From: an uncultured Alphaproteobacteria bacterium
Lineage (GTDB): Bacteria > Pseudomonadota > Alphaproteobacteria > HIMB59 > GCA-002718135
Length of the DNA: 64,000 bases
NCBI GenBank assembly: GCA_902597795.1
Contig: CACJZA010000004.1
Location: 26,409-90,408, forward strand
Direction: 5' to 3'
Within the stretch, counting starts at the first letter, position 1, and every line of letters starts with the position of its first letter. Below the pieces are notes generated by a model, which did no database searches, was not told the origin of the DNA, and worked only from the letters and a program-made list of their open reading frames with translations. Position numbers and translations under genes: made by a program. Shown in pieces: positions 36,259-44,921 of this stretch.

Positions 36259-36335
36259 GTTTCCTCCTTGAAGAAGTATTTCTAAATTATAGGAGAACCA
36301 TATAAGCTAAATAAAAAAAAACAAAATAAATTGTT

Positions 36336-36722
36336 TCAGACCTTGTTTCCTTTGCTCTTAATTAATATAAAAAACAAGCCAATTATTAGTAATATAAAAG
36401 GGAAACTCCAAAGAAAGATATTATTATAATTCATTAATGGTCTAAAAAGAATGTATTCACCATATCTTTCAACTAAAAATTTCTTAATATCTCGCTCACT
36501 TTCTCCAGCTTTCAACTTATTTTTAACTATTTTTTTAATATCATTTGAGAATTCTGCATCTGAGTCATAAATACTTTGATTTTGACAAGTCATGCATCGC
36601 AACTCTAGGGTTAGTTTTTTTACTCTCTCTTCAATATTTTCAATTGCAAATATTTTAAAAGTAAAAAACACAAAACTTAAAATTATTATATGTAAAAATT
36701 TATAGAAGTGGCTCAATTTCAT
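36336..36722 (-). CDS. ccmH: cytochrome c-type biogenesis protein CcmH (CycL)
   Basis: 128 aa. LRCMTCQNQSIYDSDA (the LRCxxCQ motif) plus a C-terminal TM segment. Confidence 0.8.
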   Translation of the reverse strand: MKLSHFYKFLHIIILSFVFFTFKIFAIENIEERVKKLTLELRCMTCQNQSIYDSDAEFSNDIKKIVKNKLKAGESERDIKKFLVERYGEYILFRPLMNYNNIFLWSFPFILLIIGLFFILIKSKGNKV

Positions 36723-37224
36723 TTTTTAAAATATCCATTGTTATCGGACCCATAAATTTATAGATAATCTTACCATCCTCATTAATTAAATATGTTTCTG
36801 GTAAACCAAAAACACCAAATTCTAATGCAATTAAACCATCAGAGTCTACACCAACAAAATCGTATGGATTTCCATCATCCTCCAAATATTTTTTTGCATC
36901 AGAAGGTGGATCTTTGTGGTTAAATCCCAACAAATATAGTTCAGGATATTTTTTACGTATTTCAAAAAAAAGTGGATGCTCTATTTTACAAGGACTACAC
37001 CAAGAAGCAAAAAAATTAATTAAGGTCTTTTTATTTTTTAAATCTTTTGTTTTGATTATATCCTTTGAATTGTACAAAGAACTACTTTCAAAAATAGGAA
37101 CATCTTTATTCAAGAGTGCACTCGGTGGTTTATTAGGATCTTTACCACTTAATAAATAAACTAGTGAAAAAATACATATCACTAAAAGTACTATTAATGG
37201 TGTTAAAATAAATATCCTATTCAT
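36700..37224 (-). CDS. ccmG: thiol:disulfide interchange protein CcmG/DsbE
   Basis: 174 aa. N-terminal anchor, WCSPC thioredoxin motif and the GVFGLPETYLI block. Confidence 0.85.
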   Translation of the reverse strand: MNRIFILTPLIVLLVICIFSLVYLLSGKDPNKPPSALLNKDVPIFESSSLYNSKDIIKTKDLKNKKTLINFFASWCSPCKIEHPLFFEIRKKYPELYLLGFNHKDPPSDAKKYLEDDGNPYDFVGVDSDGLIALEFGVFGLPETYLINEDGKIIYKFMGPITMDILKNEIEPLL

Positions 37225-39083
37225 CTTCTAGAAACTGCTATTAAACCTGAATACATCATTATTATCACTCCAAGCCATATAAAGCTAACAAATGGATTAA
37301 TTAAAACTTTTACAAACCACTCGTTATTTTTTTGATCACCAAGAATAAAATATATATCCTTATTCCACTGATGTAAAATACCAGCTTCAGATGTAATCAT
37401 CTTTGACACTGGATAATAATTTTTTCCAGCCTTTATTTCTTTTGATTGATTTTTTTCAATATCAAACAAAAATTTTCCTCTTAAAGATTGAAAATTAATT
37501 TCATTAGTTGTTTCTATTTTTTCAAACAAAACTGTTTTTCCATTTACAATAAACTTATCTCCCTCATTAAGGTTAAAATCTAGCTCATTTTGAAAAACAC
37601 TAGAACATGTGATACCGATTATAGCAATACCAACACCAATATGCGCTACATGAGGATTAATTATTTTGAAAAACTTAATGTTAATTTTAATTTTATACGA
37701 AGAAAATATAGCAATAATTGAAGCCAATATTATCCAAAAACCTAAAAGTAACCCAACAAAACCCCATGTATTAAAATTTAAAAAATATGATTGAATTAAA
37801 ACTAAAACACTTAAGACAATAAAAGCTAGAACATATTTTTTTGAATTATTTATCTTATTTGTTTGCCATGATAAAATTGGTGCAACACTCATTAATAAAA
37901 AACCAGGTATCATTATAGGAATTACTGTTGAATTAAAATAAGGGCCTCCAACTGATATTCTCTTATTATACAAAACTTCAATTATAATCGGGTATATTGT
38001 TCCTAAAAGAATAGTTAACGTTGCTATAATCATTAAAATATTATTTATTACAAGTGCTGAAACCTTATTGATAAATAACAAGTTTAAAGCATTTGATTTT
38101 TTTGGTTCTTTTAACAAGAAAACTAAAAAACCAAATCCAGTTACAATAAAAAAAATTAGTAATATAAATATGCCTCTGGATGCATCTGCTGCAAATGAAT
38201 GTACACTTGTTAAGATTCCAGATCTTACTAAAAATGTTCCAAAAACACTTAATGAAAAGCAAAGAATTGATAAAAAAACTATCCATTTTTTAATGGCTTG
38301 CTCACCTCTTACCATCATGAGTGAATGAACTAATGCTAGTCCAGCAATCCAAGGCATCAGTGAAATATTTTCGACTGGATCCCAAAACCACCAACCACCC
38401 CATCCTAATTCATAATATGCCCAATATGAACCTAGAGTTATTCCACCTGTTAAAAAAGTCCAACTAATCAACGACCATTTTTTAGCAACATATAGCCATT
38501 CATCATCTGTATTTTGAAATAAACCAGCTATTGCAATACTGAAAACTATAGAATAGCCAACATATCCTGCATATAAAATTGGAGGATGAACAGCCAAACC
38601 GGGATCTTGTAAAATAGGATTTAAACCCAAACCCTCGTTTACTAATATTGAATTAACGAGAAAAGGATTAGAGGTAAAAACTATAAATAGACCAAACAAA
38701 ATATGAAGTAAAGATTGGATAATTAATGTTAATCTTTGAAAGCTTCCGTCTATATTTTTTGTAAAAGAAAAAAAGAAACTAAAAATAGATAATATACTTA
38801 GCCACAAAAGCATTGAACCTTCATGATTCCCCCAAGTACCTGAAATTTTATATATTAATGGTTTATTTGAGTGAGAGTTTTGAAATACATTATAATTTGA
38901 GAAATCAGATACTACATAGGCATACATTAATGAAAAAAAAGATAACAAAGTTAATAATGATGAAAGGCGGATAAATAAATTAAATTTCTGTTTTTTAAAT
39001 TTAAATATGTATCTCGATAAAAATAAGTAAAAATTAATACCTATCGCAAAAACTAAGCTTAAAAAACCAATTAATGAACTCAT
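37221..39083 (-). CDS. ccmF: cytochrome c heme lyase subunit CcmF
   Basis: 620-aa polytopic protein with the WGGWWFWDPVEN tryptophan-rich (WWD) motif. Confidence 0.9.
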   Translation of the reverse strand: MSSLIGFLSLVFAIGINFYLFLSRYIFKFKKQKFNLFIRLSSLLTLLSFFSLMYAYVVSDFSNYNVFQNSHSNKPLIYKISGTWGNHEGSMLLWLSILSIFSFFFSFTKNIDGSFQRLTLIIQSLLHILFGLFIVFTSNPFLVNSILVNEGLGLNPILQDPGLAVHPPILYAGYVGYSIVFSIAIAGLFQNTDDEWLYVAKKWSLISWTFLTGGITLGSYWAYYELGWGGWWFWDPVENISLMPWIAGLALVHSLMMVRGEQAIKKWIVFLSILCFSLSVFGTFLVRSGILTSVHSFAADASRGIFILLIFFIVTGFGFLVFLLKEPKKSNALNLLFINKVSALVINNILMIIATLTILLGTIYPIIIEVLYNKRISVGGPYFNSTVIPIMIPGFLLMSVAPILSWQTNKINNSKKYVLAFIVLSVLVLIQSYFLNFNTWGFVGLLLGFWIILASIIAIFSSYKIKINIKFFKIINPHVAHIGVGIAIIGITCSSVFQNELDFNLNEGDKFIVNGKTVLFEKIETTNEINFQSLRGKFLFDIEKNQSKEIKAGKNYYPVSKMITSEAGILHQWNKDIYFILGDQKNNEWFVKVLINPFVSFIWLGVIIMMYSGLIAVSRR

Positions 39084-39520
39084 TTATATTTTTTGTTCCA
39101 ATAACCTGTATTTTGCAGATCTTCTTTTATTGATGCTGGCATATAATTTTCATCATGTTTTGCAAAAACATTAGTTGCATTAAAAATGTTTTTATCAACA
39201 AAAGCACCTTCTATCACTGCACCTTGTCCTTCTCTAAATAAATCAGGAAGAATACCTTCGAATGTAACAAGTATAGATGCTTTTTCATCAGTAATTTTAA
39301 ATTTAAATGAACTTGAAGAAATTTTATTAAAGCTATCATTTTCTACAAAACCGCCTATTCTTATTATTTTATTTATTATGATATCTGATTTATCAATTTC
39401 AGATGGTGTATAAAAATACGACACATTTTCTCTCGTATTATATAAAATAAGTAAGACTGAACTTAGTATAATTACCAAAGTAAGCAATATTAATAGCAAT
39501 CTTTGAAATCTTAGACTCAT
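39080..39520 (-). CDS. ccmE: cytochrome c heme chaperone CcmE
   Basis: 146 aa. N-terminal anchor, IRIGGFV, and the AKHDENYMP heme-binding His motif. Confidence 0.9.
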   Translation of the reverse strand: MSLRFQRLLLILLTLVIILSSVLLILYNTRENVSYFYTPSEIDKSDIIINKIIRIGGFVENDSFNKISSSSFKFKITDEKASILVTFEGILPDLFREGQGAVIEGAFVDKNIFNATNVFAKHDENYMPASIKEDLQNTGYWNKKYK

Positions 39521-39621
39521 TTATTTTTAATTCTTCTAAGTTTTAGGTAACTAAAAAATAATAACAAAAAAATTAAAAGAAAAGCAGTGATATAGGATCC
39601 TAAAATATACCAAAAATACAT
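39517..39621 (-). CDS. ccmD: heme exporter protein CcmD (34 aa, not in ORF track)
   Basis: Hand translation gives MYFWYILGSYITAFLLIFLLLFFSYLKLRRIKNK. It is a single TM helix with a basic tail in the position expected between ccmC and ccmE. Its TGA overlaps the ccmE ATG (ATGA). Confidence 0.55.
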   Translation of the reverse strand: MYFWYILGSYITAFLLIFLLLFFSYLKLRRIKNK

Positions 39622-39682
39622 AGTTTCTAATAACAAAAATACTTAGGAATGATACTTAATCCAATGGACTAAAAGTCACAAA

Positions 39683-40381
39683 TTAACTTAAATAAGATTT
39701 TCTTGAAATTATCTCTGTTTTTATTCTTAAAATGGCTATTGCTATTCCAATCATTATAAATGCAAATGTCATAATAATTAAAGGCGTCATCATTGAAGGA
39801 TCAATACTGGGTTTTGACAATTTACTTATTGTTGCTGGTTGATGTAAGGTATTCCACCAATCCACAGAAAATTTAACTATTGGTAGGTTTACTGATCCAA
39901 CAAGAATAAATATAGCAACAACCTTTTCCCTTACAATCCTATTTTCAAAAGACAAATTCATAAAAATAATAATTAGATAAATAATAAAAAGTATTGCAAC
40001 AGAAGTTAAACGTGCATCCCATACCCACCAAGTACCCCACATTGGTTTACCCCACAAAGATCCACTTATAATACATATTAGAGTAAAGACTGCCCCAATT
40101 GGAGCGACTGCCGTGTTAATAATAAACCCAAACGGTATTCTAAAGGCTAATCCACAAATACTATATAGTGTCATTATAGCATATGTAAGCAGTGCCAACC
40201 AAGCACTAGGCACATGAACATACATTATGCGTACAGTTGATCCTTGTTGATAGTCATCAGGAGATAAATAAAATGCAAAAATTAATCCAATAGAAAATAA
40301 TATAATTGATGAAACCAATACAGGTAGAAAAACATAATCTGCGACCTTATTAAATTTACCAGGATTAACTAAAAACATCAT
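39683..40381 (-). CDS. ccmC: heme exporter protein CcmC
   Basis: 232 aa. The WGTWWVWDARLTS tryptophan-rich motif and about six TM segments. Confidence 0.9.
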   Translation of the reverse strand: MMFLVNPGKFNKVADYVFLPVLVSSIILFSIGLIFAFYLSPDDYQQGSTVRIMYVHVPSAWLALLTYAIMTLYSICGLAFRIPFGFIINTAVAPIGAVFTLICIISGSLWGKPMWGTWWVWDARLTSVAILFIIYLIIIFMNLSFENRIVREKVVAIFILVGSVNLPIVKFSVDWWNTLHQPATISKLSKPSIDPSMMTPLIIMTFAFIMIGIAIAILRIKTEIISRKSYLS

Positions 40382-40382
40382 A

Positions 40383-41054
40383 TCAATTATTTTCTAATGA
40401 AAGTCTAATACACAAACCACTTGCCCAGGGGTTTATAGCAAAAACTATTAATAGTATTCCAAATAATATACTTATAAGAGAATTAAAGTTTTCTTCAAGA
40501 TTAACAATACCCACAGAAAAAATAATTATTGGAACACTAAATATCATAACTATAATACTTCCTAGAAGGAAGTTTCGTTTGTTCATAAGGTTCATAGATG
40601 ATGAAATAGAACCTAGGCATGATAGAATGAATGATCCTATTACAAAGCTAGAAAACAGATAGATAAGATCATGATTAGCAATATTTAACAAGATACATGC
40701 AATTGGTATAGAAAATAAAAAAGGCATCTGAACAAAGATAAAATGTGAAAAAGTTTTTAAAATAGCAATTAAGCCAAAACTAAGTCCATTTAAATGCATA
40801 ATCAATAAATTACCATTCTCAAAATCATCTTGATAAAATTTCCTTAAAGATAATGTTGAACTTAACAATAATAATGTCCATACAATGCCAATTCCTATAC
40901 TAGAAATTGTTTCCTTATCTGGTCCAATAGAGAAAATAAATATAAAAATTGAAACAAAGAAAAAAATAATATTTGTTAAAATATCTTGAAAGCCGCTTAG
41001 ATTTAATTTGTACTCTCTATAATAAAAAGAAATTACTTTATTCAAAATTATCAT
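40383..41054 (-). CDS. ccmB: heme exporter permease CcmB
   Basis: 223-aa polytopic membrane protein located between ccmA and ccmC. It starts 2 nt downstream... rather, its stop lies 2 nt before the ccmC start. The assignment is mainly positional, plus size. Confidence 0.75.
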   Translation of the reverse strand: MIILNKVISFYYREYKLNLSGFQDILTNIIFFFVSIFIFIFSIGPDKETISSIGIGIVWTLLLLSSTLSLRKFYQDDFENGNLLIMHLNGLSFGLIAILKTFSHFIFVQMPFLFSIPIACILLNIANHDLIYLFSSFVIGSFILSCLGSISSSMNLMNKRNFLLGSIIVMIFSVPIIIFSVGIVNLEENFNSLISILFGILLIVFAINPWASGLCIRLSLENN

Positions 41055-41059
41055 TTTAT

Positions 41060-41665
41060 TTATAGTAGAACTTTCTCTGACACATTTATTTCCGATTCTT
41101 GATGTGAGCTAAAAATAATTGAACCTTCCTTAGAGCGATGATCCTCAAAAGTCTGCCCTATTATATGAATTGATTCATCATCTAAGTTAGAAAAAGGTTC
41201 ATCTAAAATCCAAATTTTTTTATTTTCTATAATTAATCTTAAAAACTCTAGTTTCTTTATCTCACCGAATGATAATGAATTAACATTTTGATTTAAATAA
41301 GTATTTAATTTTAAAGTTTTTAAAATATTATCAACTTGGGAATTACTAATATTAGATAAAAAAATTTTTTTCCATATATTAATATTTTCCTGAACTGATA
41401 ATTTACTTAGACTCGAAGTTTTGTCAGCTATATATGTTACGTGATTAAAAAAATTATATAAGTTTTTTTTTAGTAATTTTCCTTTCCAATATATAGCACC
41501 AGAGGAGGGTTCTATTAGGTTAAGTATTGCTTTTAATAATGTAGTTTTTCCAGAACCATTTTTACCTTTTAATAATATTATTTTTCCAGACCCAACAGAT
41601 AGATTAACATTCTCAAATATTTTTTTATTTGATCTTTCGATAGATAAATCTTTGACAAGTATCAT
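41060..41665 (-). CDS. ccmA: heme exporter ATP-binding protein CcmA
   Basis: 201 aa. Walker A GKNGSGKTTLLK, ABC signature-like LSFGEIKK, and Walker B IWILDEP. Confidence 0.85.
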   Translation of the reverse strand: MILVKDLSIERSNKKIFENVNLSVGSGKIILLKGKNGSGKTTLLKAILNLIEPSSGAIYWKGKLLKKNLYNFFNHVTYIADKTSSLSKLSVQENINIWKKIFLSNISNSQVDNILKTLKLNTYLNQNVNSLSFGEIKKLEFLRLIIENKKIWILDEPFSNLDDESIHIIGQTFEDHRSKEGSIIFSSHQESEINVSEKVLL

Positions 41666-41698
41666 TATTTAGATCTAATTATTTTTTAATTTAAAACA

Positions 41699-41728
41699 AT
41701 AAAAAAAACGGGGCAGAACCCCGTTTTA
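41699..41728 (-). terminator. rho-independent terminator downstream of the lysine-rich protein gene
   Basis: Minus-strand AAAACGGGG-TTCT-GCCCCGTTTTTTTT: a GC-rich stem followed by a T8 run, about 65 nt after the stop at 41794. Confidence 0.65.
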
Positions 41729-41793
41729 AATTTTGAAAAAGATAAGAAAAAGAAAACTTTAAATTAAAGTTCTCTTGAAAAATCGAAGTATTA

Positions 41794-41973
41794 CTATCTT
41801 CTTTTTTTCTTCTTTTTAGCAGCTTTTTTCTTTTTCTTTTTAGGAGCTGCTTTTTTCTTTTTCTTAGGAGCAGCTTTTTTCTTTTTCTTTTTAGGAGCTG
41901 CTTTCTTCTTTTTCTTAGTAGCTGCTTTTTTCTTTTTCTTTGGAGCAGCTTTTTTCTTTTTCTTCTTAGCCAT
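41794..41973 (-). CDS. extremely lysine/alanine-rich small basic protein (histone H1-like / nucleoid-associated, tentative)
   Basis: The ORF track extends to 42063. I place the start at the internal ATG (41973), which has AAGGAG 7 nt upstream. The product is MAKKKKKKAAPKKKKKAATKKKKKAAPKKKKKKAAPKKKKKAAPKKKKKKAAKKKKKRR (59 aa). A strong terminator follows it. Confidence 0.6.
   Translation of the reverse strand: MAKKKKKKAAPKKKKKAATKKKKKAAPKKKKKKAAPKKKKKAAPKKKKKKAAKKKKKRR
41815..41968. repeat. imperfect tandem repeats of 24-27 nt (about six units) inside the lysine-rich CDS
   Basis: Plus-strand units are of the form AGGAGC(T/A)GCTTTTTTCTTTTTCTT(TTT). They are head-to-tail, in frame, and each encodes K5-6-A-A-P/T. 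Confidence 0.7.
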
Positions 41974-42016
41974 AAAATACTCCTTGTATTTTGTTACCCC
42001 GGAGGAACCTCCCTCC

Positions 42017-42036
42017 ATTATCACTATAGTGATAAT
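42017..42036. promoter_or_regulatory. perfect 20-bp palindrome ATTATCACTA|TAGTGATAAT upstream of the lysine-rich gene
   Basis: Read directly from the sequence; each half is the exact reverse complement of the other. It lies 44-63 nt upstream of the proposed ATG at 41973. It could be an operator or an RNA hairpin; the function is unknown. Confidence 0.35.
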
Positions 42037-42274
42037 TATAAAAGGCTGAGTATTTATTCCCAAAACTTACGGTTAAAGTCAACAATATACCATTATTTTA
42101 AAAATCAATCAGAAATTATATTCAAATTATAATTTTTTTTAAAAAAAACTTAATATAAAAAAATTTATTATAATTATATTTTTTTCGCAGAAAACTTATA
42201 ATAAATAAACATTTTGCTATACAAAAATTTATCTTCATACTATTTAATTATTATAATTATTAATCTAATTTAGC

Positions 42275-44917
42275 ATGAAAAATATAAATTCCTTTAATTC
42301 AGAAGAAATAATTGAAATAAATGATAAAAAATTCAAATATTTCGATATAAACAAAGCTGCTAAGTTTTTTGATATTGATCTCAGCAAAACTCCAATTTCA
42401 ATTAAAATCATAATAGAGAATCTTCTTAGAAACGAAGATGAAGAAAACATAAGTAAAGATATGATTTCTAAAGTTTTCAATTCCCTGAAAAAAGCAAATA
42501 AAAAAGAAGAAAAAATTGAAATAGCCTTTTTCCCAACTCGTGTCCTAATGCAGGATTTTACTGGTGTGCCTGCTGTAGCTGATCTTGCTGCTATGCGAAA
42601 TGCATTAAAATCGAGAGGAATTGAGCCAAAAAAAATAAACCCTTTATCCAGGGTAGATCTTGTTATCGATCATTCCATTATGGTTGATAATTATAAAGAT
42701 AATAATGCTTTAAATAAAAATATTAGAAAAGAATTTGATAGAAATAAAGAAAGATATGAATTTTTAAAATGGGGACAAAGTTCATTCGATAACTTTTATC
42801 TTGTTCCTCCAGGAGCAGGAATTTGCCATCAAGTAAATCTAGAAAACATTGCTAAGACTATTTGGTTGAAGAAAATTGATAATCAAAATTATTTATTCCC
42901 AGATTCAGTTGTAGGAACTGACAGTCACACCACAATGGTTAACTCACTTTCTGTTTTAGGATGGGGTGTTGGAGGAATTGAAGCTGAGGCAGCTATGCTT
43001 GGTCAAGCAATTTCAATGAATATTCCAGATGTAATTGGTTTTGAACTTCAAGGATCATTAAAAGAAGGAATTACTGCAACTGATTTAGTTTTATCTATAA
43101 CTAAAATTTTAAGGGATAAAGGTGTTGTTGGAAAGTTTGTAGAATTTTATGGAAAAGGTTTAAATAATTTATCATTAGCGGACAGAGCAACTATTTCCAA
43201 TATGGCACCTGAGTATGGCGCAACTTGTGGACTTTTTCCAACAGATCAAGAAACTTTAAATTACCTCAAGTTAACTGGTAAAGATACTGAACATCTAAAT
43301 ATTGTTGAAGAATATTCAAAAAAACAAAATATTTGGGCAGATGAGAATTATGCACCTGATTATTCTGACAAAATATTATTAGATTTAAAAACAGTAGAAC
43401 CTACCCTTGCAGGACCAACAAGACCTCAAGACAAAATTCTTTTAAAAGAAGTTCCAAATGAATTTAGCAAAATTGATAAAAAACAAAAAATTGGTAAAAA
43501 TAAATTGAGTTCTGGTGACATTGTTATAGCTGCAATTACTAGCTGCACTAACACATCTAATCCTAATGTAATGATTGCAGCAGGTCTAGTTGCTAAAAAA
43601 GCAATAGATTTAGGTTTACAGGTTAAACCTTGGGTTAAGACCAGTTTAGCGCCAGGAAGTAAAGTTGTCAGTGACTATCTCAAGAAAGCTGGACTAACAT
43701 ATTATCTTGATATGCTTGGCTTTAATGTTGTTGGTTATGGTTGTACAACTTGTATTGGTAACTCAGGTCCTTTAGATAAATGGGTATCTGATGAAGTTAA
43801 AAAAAATAATTTAACTGTTTGTTCTGTTTTATCTGGAAATAGAAACTTTGAAGGAAGAGTTCACCAAGAAGTGAAAGCTAATTTTCTTGCTTCTCCACCA
43901 CTTGTGGTTGCATACGCAATTGCAGGGAATATAAATATTAATCTAACAACTGAATCCATAGGTAAATCTAAATCTGGAAAAGAAATATTTTTAAAAGACA
44001 TATGGCCATCAAATATAGAAATTAATCAAAAAATTAATTTATCCTTAACCCCAGAAATGTTTAAGGAAAGATATAGAGAAATTTATGAAGGTGACGACAA
44101 TTGGAAATCCATTAACAATTCTAAAAACACAACATATGATTGGAACGACACCAGCACTTACATAAAACATCCACCTTTTTTTGAAACACAAAATAAATTT
44201 GAATTAAAAGACATAAAAGAGGCAAGAATATTAGCATTATTGGGTGATAGTGTCACAACCGATCATATTTCTCCTGCAGGAAGTATCAAAGAAGATAGTC
44301 CGGCTGGTCTTTATTTAAAAGACAGACAAATCAATTCTAGGAATTTCAATTCCTATGGTTCAAGACGAGGTAATCATGAAATTATGATGAGAGGTACTTT
44401 CGCAAATATAAGAATAAAAAATCTTATTTTAGATAATGTTGAAGGAGGATATACCAAATCTTTTATCTCAAATAAGCTAATGTCTATATATGAAGCATCA
44501 CAAGAGTACATAAAGAATAATACTGACACAGTCATCATTGCTGGTAAAGAATACGGAACAGGTTCCTCTAGAGATTGGGCAGCTAAAGGCACAAGACTTT
44601 TAGGTATCAAAGCAGTAATTGCAGAAAGCTTTGAGAGGATTCATAGGTCAAATTTAATTGGGATGGGCGTTTTACCTCTTGAATTTATTAGTAATGAAAA
44701 CAAAATAAATCTTAATATCGAAGGTGAAGAAACTATATCTATCTCTGGACTTTCTAAGCTAAAACCAGGAATAATATTAGATTGTGAAATTAATTCCGGG
44801 AAAAGTAAATTTATAAAATTAAAATGTAGAATAGATACTAATAAAGAACTTGAGTATTATAAAGCTGGAGGAATTTTAAATTACGTATTAAACGAAATAA
44901 TCTCAGAAGCAGCATAA
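42275..44917 (+). CDS. acnA: aconitate hydratase A
   Basis: 880 aa. RVLMQDFTGVPAVADLAAMR, GTDSHTTM, the CTNTSNP and GCTTCIGNSG cluster-ligand motifs, and the C-terminal swivel domain GSSRDWAAKG. Confidence 0.95.
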   Translation: MKNINSFNSEEIIEINDKKFKYFDINKAAKFFDIDLSKTPISIKIIIENLLRNEDEENISKDMISKVFNSLKKANKKEEKIEIAFFPTRVLMQDFTGVPAVADLAAMRNALKSRGIEPKKINPLSRVDLVIDHSIMVDNYKDNNALNKNIRKEFDRNKERYEFLKWGQSSFDNFYLVPPGAGICHQVNLENIAKTIWLKKIDNQNYLFPDSVVGTDSHTTMVNSLSVLGWGVGGIEAEAAMLGQAISMNIPDVIGFELQGSLKEGITATDLVLSITKILRDKGVVGKFVEFYGKGLNNLSLADRATISNMAPEYGATCGLFPTDQETLNYLKLTGKDTEHLNIVEEYSKKQNIWADENYAPDYSDKILLDLKTVEPTLAGPTRPQDKILLKEVPNEFSKIDKKQKIGKNKLSSGDIVIAAITSCTNTSNPNVMIAAGLVAKKAIDLGLQVKPWVKTSLAPGSKVVSDYLKKAGLTYYLDMLGFNVVGYGCTTCIGNSGPLDKWVSDEVKKNNLTVCSVLSGNRNFEGRVHQEVKANFLASPPLVVAYAIAGNININLTTESIGKSKSGKEIFLKDIWPSNIEINQKINLSLTPEMFKERYREIYEGDDNWKSINNSKNTTYDWNDTSTYIKHPPFFETQNKFELKDIKEARILALLGDSVTTDHISPAGSIKEDSPAGLYLKDRQINSRNFNSYGSRRGNHEIMMRGTFANIRIKNLILDNVEGGYTKSFISNKLMSIYEASQEYIKNNTDTVIIAGKEYGTGSSRDWAAKGTRLLGIKAVIAESFERIHRSNLIGMGVLPLEFISNENKINLNIEGEETISISGLSKLKPGIILDCEINSGKSKFIKLKCRIDTNKELEYYKAGGILNYVLNEIISEAA

Positions 44918-44921
44918 TTAA

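Noticed and set aside
41815-41968. The regular 24-27 nt repeats could superficially suggest a CRISPR-like or satellite array
   Set aside because: The units are directly adjacent with no spacers. They stay in frame, encode a coherent K-rich/AAP periodic protein, and are flanked by an SD and a terminator. This is a coding tandem repeat, not a CRISPR array.
41974-42063. N-terminal 30-residue extension of the lysine-rich ORF given in the track (start at 42063)
   Set aside because: The internal ATG at 41973 has a good SD (AAGGAG). The extension runs through a perfect palindrome and a GGAGG/CCTCC element, which look regulatory rather than coding.
42265-42480. 71-aa minus-strand ORF across the acnA start
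   Set aside because: It is antisense to the well-supported aconitase N-terminus, with a hydrophobic low-complexity translation typical of AT-rich antisense frames.
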